This document shows, in pieces, positions 12,572 through 26,386 of a stretch of 64,000 nt of DNA. The notes beneath the pieces were generated by a model that saw only the letters and a list, made by a program, of their open reading frames with translations, did not search any database and had not been told where the DNA came from. Position numbers and translations under genes: made by a program. The first letter of the stretch is position 1; each line of letters starts with the position of its first letter. The DNA comes from Chrysomallon squamiferum (Eukaryota; Animalia; Mollusca), in assembly GCA_012295275.1 (NCBI GenBank), contig CM022671.1, positions 22,382,001 to 22,446,000 on the forward strand. The letters run 5' to 3'.

Positions 12572-14459
12572 GGATTTTCGAATTATTTCAGTAAAAGATA
12601 TGAAAATGTTCTAAAATGTTTTCAAAGGATATATTATTTTTTCCGAATTTTTTGGAAATCTTTTTTTTTTTTTTTTTTTAAATATTACTTTTTTTTTTGC
12701 AGCCTTTGAAAAAGGATAACTTCTAAATAGTGTTTGAAACAGTTTTAAATAGATTTTTGAAATGTATTTTTTCCTAGAAGTGTATTTCCATTAAATGTTA
12801 CAATATTTTATAGATTTTGTAGAAAGGATACTGTCGAAATAGTTTTTGAAATAGTTTTAAATAGATTTAGAAATGTACTGTTTTCCTCTAAAAATGTATT
12901 TTTAAACATGTCTGAACGCTTTTGTATATAGTTTTAAATGCATGTAAATAAATGTCTTTAAAAAATGATAGCAAAATAATTAATATATAGACAAAGGGCC
13001 AAAGCATACTGTAATAAACATTACTATGGTCAGCTTTAAGCTCGAATCCGTAGAAATAAATTAGAAAATGATAATAATAATAATAAAAAAAACATTCCCG
13101 TGTCTTCGTTTTTAATTCTTAAATACATACATACACATACAAACACACATACATATGTATATAATATATCTATATATTCACTCAAAAAAGACTCACTTAT
13201 CACTGAATTTGTCTTTCAATAAAAATGTCTACTGCGAAAAATTGCGCAAGATGAAGAAATAATGAAACTAATCTTATTTAGCAAGTGAAATGCATACAAA
13301 AATAATAGCAGTTTGAGTTTAGCAATTAACCAACAAAAGAAAAATGCATTAATCAGTGGAGGCCAGGAAAATGAGAAAATGAAAGTATTCCAGTTATGTA
13401 TAAATACATTTATTTTTAAGTAGTTTTTAAATTTTAAATTATTTCCAGTACTTCTGAAGTATCATTAATGCACATTTTTCTTCGTAGCTGTTTCAATATT
13501 TGTATTTGTAATAAACGTTAAGCTTGTCATTATGGGAGTGGTAATATTGTTGTTGTCTAATTACTGCAGATTAGTTACTTTAAAATCAGTAAAAACATTT
13601 TTAAAGAGAATATATTACAAGTTTAAAGAGTTCGTATGTCAGTCATATAAATAATATATTCTTTAAAATCTCAGCCATGTTAAACAAAATGAAACTTTAT
13701 TTCATATTCGTAAAATAATTACTGTAGAGGAATGTTAACAGATCTTCACTGAAACTGATCTTTTAAATGCATCGGTTTTAATTAATTATTGAACTTTTAA
13801 GTAAAGATAGGATGGATTTATAAGTCTTAGTGTCTATAATACACACGTACAGACACAAAAAGACACACACATATATAATGTATGTATATATGTATGTATG
13901 TATGTTCACGTGTACACATACACAAATATGTGTCTTAAATCTTAATTTCTGTTTGAAAAACACAAAGAAGAAGAAAGTAAATAGATGTATAAACGATTTG
14001 GAACAAAGGGTCTGATTATAAGCTTAGATTTATTTTTCAAATTCAGTAATAATGCTGTAGAGTTAAAGGGTTAGTAGTTTGGGGGACCCGTCGAAGTGAC
14101 ATTGGTTCACATTCATAATTTAGAGAAACTAAAAGACTAGTAAGTACACATTTGTTACAAAGACTAACGTAAGAGGATGCGAACCGGGGAATCTTCCAGT
14201 CTTCAAACTCGTGGATTAATCTCTTCATAGCTCAGACTAACTAATGTCCCTTGGTATTTATTCGCTTGGCAGATGGAAATGAAACCGGATCAACTAAGTT
14301 TTAAACAAATGTAAAGAACCTCTCAGTCATCAGTCCAAACAGATTTGTTCTGTCTTGATTCAATAAGCTCATCAGACGCGGTCTTCCTTAGACATCGAGG
14401 AACGTAACAAGTTTGTGTCCAGTTTCTGCCTCTGGCCAAACATCCCGAGCCATGATGTC

Positions 14460-14625
14460 TGTGGGTCGGGAAGACTTCCCCACTCGGACAGCGACGTCGT
14501 CGTTCACGTTTACTTTTCCCACGTCACGGAGAATATCGATCACCTCCCACGTGGCGCTGGTGACGTTACGAACACATGGGGAAACACACAGCACGTGCTG
14601 CCGTCATGTGACCGGAAGTAGCAGG
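14460..14625. promoter_or_regulatory. Cis-regulatory motif cluster (CSL, UPRE-like, E-boxes, M-box overlapping ETS)
   Basis: TTCCCACG 14516-14523 (CSL/Su(H), minus strand) overlapping CCACGTCA; CACGTG at ~14548 and ~14592; GTCATGTGAC 14603-14612 overlapping ACCGGAAGT 14611-14619. Confidence 0.45.
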
Positions 14626-14986
14626 TCGTTCCATTGCAACGTTTGAACTTTAAGTCTGTTTTTCTGCAATTTGTTTTGTTTTTTTTAATGTCATTATTGT
14701 TGTTTCTGTTTATCGTTTCTTCTTCTTTTTCTTATTTTTTGGGTGGGGGAGGGCCACAGTCTCTGTAAAAAGAAAAAAAGAAGAACAAAAGAACACTAGT
14801 GAAAAGTGAACAGGTTTCAGTTATTTGTTGGATCGTTTCTTTTAAGAGACGAAGTCTGTATAAGTCATTTAGTTATAAAATAATCAGTATTTGTTTTATT
14901 CAGTGTAATACTCTATCATTCCGATCCTTTTCAAAACCAGTAACAACAATATACATACCCTGTGTCTGTCTGTCGGTCTTTCTCTG

Positions 14987-15000
<14 letters not shown>

Positions 15001-15023
<23 letters not shown>

Positions 15024-15052
15024 CGTATGTATGTATGTATGTATGTATATAC

Positions 15053-15083
<31 letters not shown>

Positions 15084-15123
15084 CATACACATACATACAT
15101 ACATACATACATACATACATACA

Positions 15124-15170
<47 letters not shown>
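15001..15170 (+). repeat. (TA)n/(TATG)n/(CATA)n compound microsatellite
   Basis: Directly visible. Confidence 0.95.
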
Positions 15171-15878
15171 CTATATCTTTGGCTCGCACACAGACAGACT
15201 CAAACCTACAGAAGTAAATACTTTCTCTCACACACAAACAAAACATATCACCATCAAAAACAATAAAATTCTATTTAATCCTCAAAGTGTCATTGCGTAC
15301 ACTAAATTAATGCTTCTTCTTTCTCGAGAAAACAAAGACATTTGTAACAACACTAACATTCTGCGCCTTGTCGCCTCGCGTAAGGCAAGAAAAAAAGAAA
15401 CATCTGACCGTGAACAGGAAAACAATTGTCTAGTTTGACTCAGCCACATTTGTCTTCTTTTAATTAATTAGCATAGCAGAAATAACATCAGTTATTATGA
15501 CGCGTACAAAAAAAAAAAAAAAAAAAAACGGAGGAAAAGGGAAACGAGCAAAAAAAGAAAAAAGAAAAAGAAGTCACATGCATGAAATATGTTCTTCTGC
15601 TGTTTTGCGGATGGACAATAAACAGACAGATATTTAACAAAGTGTCAATTCATGCACGTGATAATAAAAAAGCAATTTAAAAACACATTAAGAAAATTAA
15701 AAGTGATGATTAATTACATTTAGGATAATAAAAAGCGAAACGTTCAGACTAGTAAATGTACGGAAAATGCACAAACGCACTTAATTAACTGCATACGTAC
15801 ATAAATTTGTAAACGGTTAAAAAAAAAAGCATACAGGTGAATAAAGGCCAATATAATCAAAATCATTTTAACTTAAAA

Positions 15879-15913
<35 letters not shown>

Positions 15914-16290
15914 GTACGTAAGTAAGTACATAAATAAATAAATACATAAATAAATACATAAATAAATAAATAAATAAACAAATAAATAAATAAATAAGTA
16001 AATAAATAAATACATAAATAAATAAGTAAATAAACAAATAGAAATATAAAGGGAAAATATTACAAATTTAAAAGAGAAATGAAGACTATCGAAAGTCAAA
16101 ATTTATTTATTTTATAGTAAATTTTTATATATATATATATATATATATAAAATGTTTTTTAATACATGTTTTGTATAAAAATCGTTGAAAAAGAGATAAA
16201 ATAATTTAGAAAATTACTTTCAAACATAACCTATTACTTTACGTTCATGTGTGTGTGGAGAGATGTAGTTATGTTGTTGTTATTTATTTA

Positions 16291-16325
<35 letters not shown>

Positions 16326-16771
16326 CAATGTTTTCTTTGCCAGATAAGATTTTAAGTTTTCGTTGGAAAAATCCACCTTAATCATGGTTGAGCCATTTAT
16401 TTTTTTTTTTTTTTTTTTTTTTTCAGAGGCCAATCTTCAAATGATATGATAAATCGTATTTGTCACCGCTACAGGCACGCATTTCTTATTTTAATTCGGT
16501 TATAAAATGTTTATTACATACTTAATTATATTTGGTCTTTATGCGTTTTAAACATTAATTTACAATGCTTAATAGTCTTCTTGCCTTTTTTTTTTTTTAT
16601 TCTGTATCTGTCTGTATGTCACTCAGTCTGTCTGTGTGTCAGTCTGTTGTCTGTGTTTTTTTTTCTCTCTGTCGACAGATAAATAAATAGATAGAGAGTC
16701 GGAGAGCGAGAGACAGAAAGAGTCAGCTGAGAAAAGAGAGATAGAGAGAACAGTATGAGAGCAGATATATC

Positions 16772-17369
<598 letters not shown>

Positions 17370-17516
17370 ATGCATTTGCATTGCATCTGTACGATCCAGT
17401 TTTATTATTCGTATACGTAAACTTTAAATATTTAACTAGCAATCCATTCGCAGTGTTAAAAAGAAGGAAAAAAAAAAATAGTTTTGAGATTCGAACTCAC
17501 AGGCTTTTAGATGTGC

Positions 17517-17555
<39 letters not shown>

Positions 17556-17559
17556 CTGT

Positions 17560-17810
17560 ATGAAAAGCCGGAGATTGAGAGCAGAGTTTCCTCCTAAATC
17601 TCGCCGTTGATAGGTGTAGTGCAGCCGTCTAGTCAAACGATATACGAGGTATCGCCATTTTAGATGGTCCTTTTCCGAGTATTTTCAAGCGGTTTTCAAG
17701 TGGCCCTCGAACCTCAAACGAACGGAGACGTCGAAAAGCCGACTTGGACTGCGTTATACTCGCAATACAGAAAGCAGACGACTGCTATAATATAAATCTC
17801 GCGAGAACGA
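17560..17810. promoter_or_regulatory. Promoter-like block (YY1, TATA, TCTCGCGAGA palindrome)
   Basis: CGCCATTTT 17653-17661; TATAAA 17791-17796 directly followed by TCTCGCGAGA 17797-17806. Confidence 0.4.
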
Positions 17811-17950
17811 ACGAAAGAAAGAAAGAGAGAGAGAGAGAAATAAGAACGTTAACTTCACTGAAGAGCGAGCGAGGAAAAGGGAAATAAATCAAAACAGGTT
17901 CGTCACCTCGATGGAATTTTATTGCTTCTGGTAATGGAGACATTTTTCTT

Positions 17951-18030
17951 TTTTAAAAATTACTATTTATTTAGGTGGAGTGGATTACATGTATTTAGTT
18001 GTAAAAGACGCTGACGTTCACGAAATCACA
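17951..18030 (+). repeat. Dispersed ~80-bp repeat, copy 2
   Basis: Aligns with 6251-6325, with a ~6-nt insertion (GACGTT). Confidence 0.8.
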
Positions 18031-18089
18031 GTATTTGTAAAAATACATTATAAAACAGTGTTTAATGAATAAATGCCCATATAAAGATG

Positions 18090-18202
<113 letters not shown>

Positions 18203-18379
18203 CTAACAGACTATCATTTATTGACGTTTAATTTGCTAAGATGAGTGTATCAGCTTTGGCAGATTTCTAGGTTGTTTGACAATTTGGCCATTTGATTTAA
18301 CAGCAAATTAAGATCAATGTGGAACAACAGAACTAAGTCAACTTTGGCTCTTTTGATTTGCAGACATCTCTGTACAAGT

Positions 18380-18830
18380 ATGGTTTGCGATCCGACGGGT
18401 CCGGTGCGCATGCGCGATCGTGTCCTCGCGACATCCCTGTAGCCCGGATTGGCAAACATTTGCAGCGCACGTGGAAGATCACGAGCTTATCCGGCGGAGC
18501 GACGCGGTCGTGCGTTTCTTTATCCGCTCTGATGACCAATTTGACGACGAAGTCTAAGAACCGACGACATCAAAGACGGCCAACGTCAACAGTTGTCCAG
18601 AAAGTAATCATTGTTACATTGAACGCCAAGGAAACGTTTCGAAAACGTGACCGCCTTCGCTTTATTCTGGTCATTGTGCATATTGTGTGTGTGTGTGTAC
18701 ACTGATGTGGCCAAATTTGAACCGTGGCCCGCAAATGTTCCGATAGGTCGCTCGCCCTTTCTCGCAAAGTTTGGTGCCCGAGGAATTCGATGGCATCTTT
18801 TGTCAACAGAGCTCAAGATGGCTGGGAGTT
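18380..18830. promoter_or_regulatory. CpG-rich block with a consensus NRF1/EWG site
   Basis: TGCGCATGCGCG 18405-18416 fits YGCGCAYGCGCR; also CACGTG ~18468, ACATCAAAG (TCF) ~18567, AAGATGGC (YY1 core) ~18815. Confidence 0.4.
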
Positions 18831-19422
18831 TTCTGTCAGTTGCAGAATCAATACTTGTATTGATGATGTTTAACCGTACATGGCTAATGAAACAGAAGTT
18901 TTTACCAAAATTTTAAATTTCTGGGGTAGTATGACAGGAAATGGGAATGTCTAAAAGAGTTTTAAGATGTGTTTAGACTTGGGTCTTAAATTATTGTAAT
19001 GAAAGTAAAAGGTTTAGAATTATGTTAAGTGTTTCGTTTATGATTTAGATTTAGAAAATATGTGTAATTGTACATTATGACGAGACATTAACATGTCTTT
19101 GATCATCTCAGATATGTTTCCTGTTATCACGAATTTAGTTTTCTTTTTCAGATTAAAACTGTGGTTCGATGTTTAGTCCTTGTCATCAAAATTCCTGAAA
19201 ATTTATAAATCTTCTTTATATAAATTCAGGAAACTTAGTTTTAATTTTCAGTTCGTATTTAATTTTACTTGATGTTTTGTGTTTAGACACATCTTGTAGA
19301 TGTTTGTCCTCAAGTTCAGCTGCTTCCAGCATCTTCCATAGATTCTTTTCATTCTCTTGAAAGTAAAAAACACCAACAAATTTATTATTTACGATCTCGG
19401 GTATTTATAAGCACAGCACCGT

Positions 19423-19624
19423 ATTCCACTGTCAGCATTAAGGCGAGATTTTGTATCAGTTGATGATTCTACTGTCGGCATTAAGGCGAGATTTTGTATC
19501 AGTTGATGATTCTACTGTCGGCATTAAGGCGAGATTTTGTATCAGTTGATGATTCTACTGTCGGCATTAAGGCGAGATTTTGTATCAGTTGATAATTCCA
19601 CCGTCAGCATTAAGGCGAGATTTT
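19423..19624 (+). repeat. 43-bp minisatellite, ~4.7 copies plus a decayed copy near 19670
   Basis: Unit ATTCTACTGTCGGCATTAAGGCGAGATTTTGTATCAGTTGATG starts at 19423, 19466, 19509, 19552 and 19595, with no unique spacers. Confidence 0.97.
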
Positions 19625-20308
19625 AAAGCACTTGATGCGGTGTTGAACTATACTGCAGTGCCAGCAGTCTCTGCATTAAGGCGAAACTGTGATGTCAACA
19701 ATATGACAAGATTCTCTTTATCTCTTCTTCAAAGCTTTGATGAAGCTGTAGATACTTTTAAGTTCACTTCGCGTTGACTAACAAGATACCGCTGTGTGTG
19801 GCTTGCGACACGATTTACCAATACATCGTCCACAGTACCAGACTGCGGCGTTACGAAACACTGCATTAAGAGATTAACTCGACCAAACACCATTAAACAA
19901 ACCTCCCTGTGTCCCACCCAGGCGCTCTTCTCCTTTCATTCTCGAGACCATGTGACTCTGTTGAGACGCTGGCATCGTTTAAGATTAACGGTTTTCGCCG
20001 GGTGCATTCCTAGAAGAGAGAGAGAGCTCACTGTTTGAAAACGGTTTGAAGAATCACGTAATGTCACGAGTTCTCGCTGTTTCGTGTGACGTTTGTTTTT
20101 GGTGAATTCCGTCGGTTTTGTGACGAGAGAACTAAAGACGGAAAATGTTGACTGCCTTAGCTGTTTAACTTTACATTTCTTTGATGTAACCTTGTTAAAT
20201 GTGGTTTAAATTATGACTCGGTTCTTTTCTGACTTGAAAGACAGAAGGAGATAAAGGGTTTTAAAAAAAAAAAATACAGTGATAAATATAAAAGTTGATA
20301 GATAAACC

Positions 20309-20310
<2 letters not shown>

Positions 20311-20395
<85 letters not shown>
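20311..20395 (+). repeat. (GA)n microsatellite
   Basis: Directly visible. Confidence 0.98.
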
Positions 20396-20396
<1 letters not shown>

Positions 20397-20851
20397 AGCA
20401 CCTACATTTTCCCACTGAAAACTCAATGAAATAATAAAAGATTTTTAAAAATATGAACATGGAAATCAAATTAAAGAAACGATAATTGATCATCTTTACG
20501 CAGCTGAAATTCAACAACAGTGAAAATACAAAACCGAAGAAGTGAAATCATCGCAAATTATCTGTGCAAATAAACACTAAGTGAATTTTGTTTTGCGATT
20601 CATGTTTCATTTATCGGTCATGTTCTCGTTACAGTACGCCTGGTGCAGAAACTGAATAGACAAATTTGTCAATTTCCTCTCCGAGCGCTCTCGAAATTTT
20701 AACTCTCATTTGCGGTTTTGTTGTCGCAAATTTCAAACTACAAAGAGAGTAATGAGTGAAATGCTGTAGTATAGTTAATATATGGAATGAAAATGCCTTG
20801 TTAAAAATAACTATTATAGTATTCTAATGGTTATTTGTATATGTTGGAATC

Positions 20852-20904
<53 letters not shown>

Positions 20905-21044
20905 TCTCTCTCTCTCTGTCTGTCTGTCTCTCTGTCTCTCTCGCACATACACAGACACGCGTCTGTTGTTGTTTTTTGTTATCATTATTACTGTTGCTTT
21001 GTTTTGCATTATTATTATTATTATTATTATCATTATTATTATTA

Positions 21045-21082
<38 letters not shown>

Positions 21083-21834
21083 GTTTTTGTTATTGTAGGT
21101 GTTTTTATTATTATTATTGTAGGTGTTGTTTTTATTATTATTATTATTTAACATATCACATGACGTATTCTCTGTAATGTATTTTTAAGGCGAGGGATTG
21201 TCTTTAACAACCTATTTAAAGATAACATTGCTATGTTATTTATTAAAACTCACGTAAAAAGGGAGTGTTTTGATTTATTAATTGTTTGAGATGTTTGTGC
21301 AGTACACATTACATAAAAGTTTCTCAACTTATCTCGCTGGAGTACTTAGTTTAGACAATGTTTTTTTTTACTGCAAATTCAAGTTTGCATACAATATATA
21401 TATATATATATATATATACATGTTCATACAAAAACACACACTTAAATCATTGCAGTCTGTAAATATTTCATTCGTGTAAATTGTAGATTATGAAATTATA
21501 TAAACACACAATTATATACCAGAACTCACTGACATCCATATATATTATTACTGTAAATATACTTTATCTTTTAAAATTGACATGCATAAATTATGTTTTG
21601 TATATAGTTTTATCATGTAAAAATAAGCACACAAATACAGAAAGAGATGTACACAAGTATGTACATAATTCTCATGTATTTAACTCTTGTAACAAGAGCA
21701 TTATGTATAAACACATATTTTATGGCATACAGTCACAAATATGTTTGTAAAGAGAATAATAAAGGTACAAAAACGAAAACATTTATAGTTTTATTGTAAA
21801 ATATGAAAAATAATTTTTCTTTTTGAATATTAGA

Positions 21835-21835
21835 A

Positions 21836-21866
<31 letters not shown>

Positions 21867-21889
21867 ATACAAACAAACAAGTAAACAAA

Positions 21890-21928
<39 letters not shown>

Positions 21929-22057
21929 ATACAAATAAAAAAAATAAAAAAATAAAAAATAAAATAAAATAAATAAAATAAATAAATAAATAAATAAAAA
22001 TAAATAAGTAAAAAATAAAAATAAAAATAAAGTAAAATAAAATATAATAAAATAAAA

Positions 22058-22092
<35 letters not shown>
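21835..22092 (+). repeat. Poly-A/(AAAT)n tract
   Basis: Directly visible. Confidence 0.93.
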
Positions 22093-22212
22093 ATTGCACG
22101 TGTTTTTTAAGGGAACAAAGATTTAAAACTGAAAGAGCGTATTTTTTTAAAATAAATTAATCTCGTTCACACACACAGTTCTAACAAGACATTTAATAAT
22201 TATTTACATGAA

Positions 22213-22256
<44 letters not shown>

Positions 22257-22842
22257 AGATAAAAATGGTATTAATACTTATAACAATAGTAATATAATAA
22301 TATAATGATAATTACGATATGTGATGAAAATGCCGAAGATGATGATAATAATAATAATAATAACGACGCTATGATAAATAAAAAAAAAATAAAAAAAAAA
22401 AATAAATAAATAAATAAATAAATAAATACAAATTTAAAATTTTAACTAATTAATTAATTAATTAATTAATACTGCGTATCAAAGTTAATTAATATTACGT
22501 ATCAAAACCCTGCTTTTATACATGAACTACGTCTTCTGTTTGAACTTCAAGTTAGGTGCAAGGCTATCTACGCTAAAATACTTGATTAAGAGACTCTGAA
22601 AGTTAATAAATTGTAACTAAGTTGCGTATTACAGCTGATAGATGCTTGAGGAGTACCTGAGAGTCGACATGTTGGTTCTTACAATTATCAGTCGTTAGTA
22701 AACTCAGGTACTTAGTTTGTGTGCGTGGGCAGTCGAGTTCAAAGTCGTTCTGTTTATTTGTTTATTTATTTATTTATTTATTTATGTGGGTTGGTTGGTG
22801 TGTGTGTGCGTGTGCGAGCGTTTATTTTATTTTTTTTTTTGT

Positions 22843-22873
<31 letters not shown>

Positions 22874-22989
22874 TTTTGTTTGTTTGTTTATCACCATCAT
22901 TATGTTGTTGTTGTTTTTATTTTTTGGAGAGGGTTAAGTATGATAGGTTTTTTTGTTTTCTTACTGCTTGCTTTATTATTTTTATTTTT

Positions 22990-23055
<66 letters not shown>

Positions 23056-23104
23056 CTATCTATCTATCTACCTATATATCTATCTATCTATATCTATCTA
23101 TCTA

Positions 23105-23147
<43 letters not shown>

Positions 23148-24243
23148 TTATTTATTATTTAGCTATTACCCTAGTTTTATATTATTATTTTGTATAACTG
23201 ATTCATTTACTGGATATCCCGCCTCCCGCCTCGCTTTAATAACAGAACTCCATCACGAACACGGAACCCCTGACCAGTCAGCCTTTCCACCCGTTAATTT
23301 TCAACTTTTTTTTTTCTCAATATTCTCGGCAACATTTCATTATACCCCAGCTGGCAAATTAACTAAGCTGGGTAGTTTTTTTTTATATTTTGTTTTGTTC
23401 TTTGTTAAACCCGGAGAGGCCTTTTATTACAAAATGCGTATATGCCGACGAAGAAAAAAAAAAAGAAGAAGAAGAAGAAGAAAAATTAGCTCATAAATTT
23501 CTCGTGTGTCGATAAACACCGGGCTACTGAAATGTGACCATGTTGCCTGTTGCAGTTTCCGTCTTAACAGAACATAATGATCAATTTCATTATTATTTTT
23601 TTTTTTTTTTTTTTCCCCGTGACAAAATTCAGGGGCGGATCTAGGTAGGATCTCTAGGTGACTAGAGATGAGTATATTAAAATTTAAAAAGCCAAAAAAA
23701 AAAAAAAAAAAAAAAAAAATTGAGGCGTATTTTAACGTACGCCTTGCGACTTAAAGATAAAAGAATATGAAGAATTTTTTTTTTTTTTTTTTTTTTTTTT
23801 AAATGTGAGGATGCCAAACCCTTCTTATATCCACGCTTATTGGGAGCCGCCCGCCGTAAGTAAGACCAGAAATAAAACGTGAGTTTTATGTTAGGAGCAC
23901 GTGCCGCAATAGTTTCGAGATGACTTAATTGAAATCGTAATTCGTGCGGAGTTCCACGCATAATGTGGAAATATATCTCCAGTCTAGGAACGTGCGCAGC
24001 TTGCGCGGCGTGGCCCGTGCATTAAGTGACGTGAAGTCCGTGCGACTGTCAGCTGCCTGATAGCTTTTGTACATTACAGCGCGGCACTTATTAACTAATA
24101 ATATACGTCGAGAACTTATACAGCAGGTTTTTTTAAAGTAATAAAATAATGAAAAAATTTAAAAGTGATGTTTCTTTTGTTTCTAAAATTGAAATGCTTT
24201 ATTCGTTTCTCTGAAAATGTTCGTAACAAATTTTTAAATTTTT

Positions 24244-24279
<36 letters not shown>

Positions 24280-24356
24280 GAAAGTAAAATAAAAGTGAAA
24301 TATGTTTTGTCCTAAGGATGTCTTATCCTTTTCACTGAAAGTTTTGTGTAATAGAT

Positions 24357-24398
<42 letters not shown>

Positions 24399-25974
24399 TT
24401 TGTTTTGTTCCAAAAAAAAAAAAAAAAAAAGGTTTTACTCACAGTTTATACAACAAATTAAGAAAATAATAACAATAATAACAATAATGATAATAAAGAC
24501 AATAAACTAAACTAAAATAAAATTAAAAAAATATAAGATGTAAAATGTCTTTTGTTTTATCTGAGTTTCGGCCAATTTAAAGCTTTTGAGGGTTTAATGG
24601 GTTTTTTCTTTAGCTTTAAACATTTTAATTTATTTCAAGTAAACGTCTTAGAAATGATATTTATTTGATAGGCAAGATTAAAAGAAATCTTTTAATTCTT
24701 GAAAATATACATGTATTTATTTATAATGGATAATATATTTTGAAGAAAATAAGCCGGAAATCCAGTCACAAAAATAGAGATTATAATTTACATTTTGTTT
24801 TATTAATATTTAAATATATACATAAATGTATATACGACGTAACTATGCATATATGAATGCATACATACATACATATATACAAACATGCATGCATACACAC
24901 ATACATACATACATACAAACATACATACATACACACATAAAACACACATACACACATACGATAAACATATCATTACTAACAAATAAAATAAAATATATTT
25001 CCAGTCTTTATATAGATCACACAACAACACATTTGTTTTTTTTTTTTTTTTTTTTATGTCTTATCCTCGCCCCCTTGATTGAAATGCACTGAAATTGCAC
25101 CACAATGCCGTCGCTTGTTCCTTTGATTTTATTAATCCCTGCCATCACATCAAAAGTTTTCCAAAACTCTGTGTTCGTCCCAGGCCATCTTTAAAAAAAA
25201 ACCAACATCGTGGCCCGTGTGTCAGGACTCAGCAGAAGGGTGATGTGTCTGGCGGTGTAGCACGGTCACGCGAACTCACTCAGTCTCGACTCTTCAAACG
25301 TTGCGCGCTGTAACATTTTCACTCGCACGCAGCCAGCGAGCTAACATACTTTTATGTGGCGAAGTTTCTGCCTCGACCGCCGCGTTTCCTCCCATTCGCG
25401 TTGTCATCAATTTCGTTTAGTGATGACATCAAGGTCCGTCTTCTCTCCGCATTCCAGCGACTACAAAGGGGATGAAAAAGAAACAGGTTCGTTCACTCCT
25501 CAAGAAAGGTTCTGACTCAAGAGTTTGATTAAAATTAATGTTCTACGGTTTGCTGAAGAAAAAAAAAAAAAAAAAAAAAAAAAAACAACAAAAAGAAAAA
25601 AAAAAAAAAACTAAAACAGGGTCGCGACCATTTTGTTGCAACTGAATGCTTTATCCGTGAAATATATACTTCAACACTGAAGAAAAATGCGTAATGCAGA
25701 CAAAATATATATATTTATATATATATATATGCGTTCCTTCTGTTTGCAAGGAAACAGTTTATCAAGTAAATTCATATTCTGACTTAAAAGATATGGCGCA
25801 CATATTTTATCTTCTTTTTTTTTTTTTCATAATCAGAATGCTTATTCATTTTGTGGACAATCATTTTTTTTTTTTTGTTGTTGTTGTTGTTTTGTTGTAC
25901 ATAACACGTTTTCTTTTATCTGGTAGAAAAGAGGTTGAAGATAAACTTTATCTATTCTTTTGTTTATTTTTATG

Positions 25975-26150
25975 TTTGTATGTATTTGAATATTCTCTGC
26001 TATATGTATGTCTGAACAGACTCTGCATGTAGAGAATATTCGGTAACGCACTGGCCCAGGAGGACAATGTCCAACCACAACTCACAAACCCTGACGAGAT
26101 TCGAACGTATATACCACCCATTCGCCCGCACTCCGAAGGTGGACGGCATA
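25975..26150 (-). mobile_element. tRNA-derived SINE-like element, copy A
   Basis: Minus strand reads GCGGGCGAATGGGTG..GTTCGAATCTCGTCA (B box; 26106-26098)..TTGTGAG..TGGAC..GTCCTCCTGGGCCA..TGCAGA..AAATACATACAA, colinear with 63597-63750. Confidence 0.7.
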
Positions 26151-26347
26151 TGAATGTGTATGTATGTATGTATATATGTATGTATGCATGCATGTATGTA
26201 TGTGTTATTATTGCTAATATGGCTTTTATAATTATTATTGTTCTTGTTACTTTATTTATTATCATTATTCCTTTTCTTTTTTTTTCAAATTTTAAGCTGC
26301 ATTATTCATCCATGAAATTAAAAATGAAAATTAAATAAATAAATAAA

Positions 26348-26386
<39 letters not shown>

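Noticed and set aside
12600-12910. Degenerate ~112-bp duplication (AAAGGATA..AAATAG..TTTGAAA..GTTTTAAATAGATTT at 12711 and 12823)
   Set aside because: Real but AT-rich, decayed and uninformative; an ordinary local duplication.
18364-18410. Frame after a splice acceptor reads ISVQVWFAIRRVRC, resembling homeodomain helix 3
   Set aside because: The invariant Asn51 is Ile, the basic tail is missing, the intron position is atypical, no helix 1-2 exon was found, and the DNA is better explained as an NRF1-site-containing island.
19423-19624. 43-bp repeats as a CRISPR array
   Set aside because: Units are contiguous with no unique spacers, there are no cas genes, and the context is eukaryotic. The 52848 array is also too short in repeat and spacer length.
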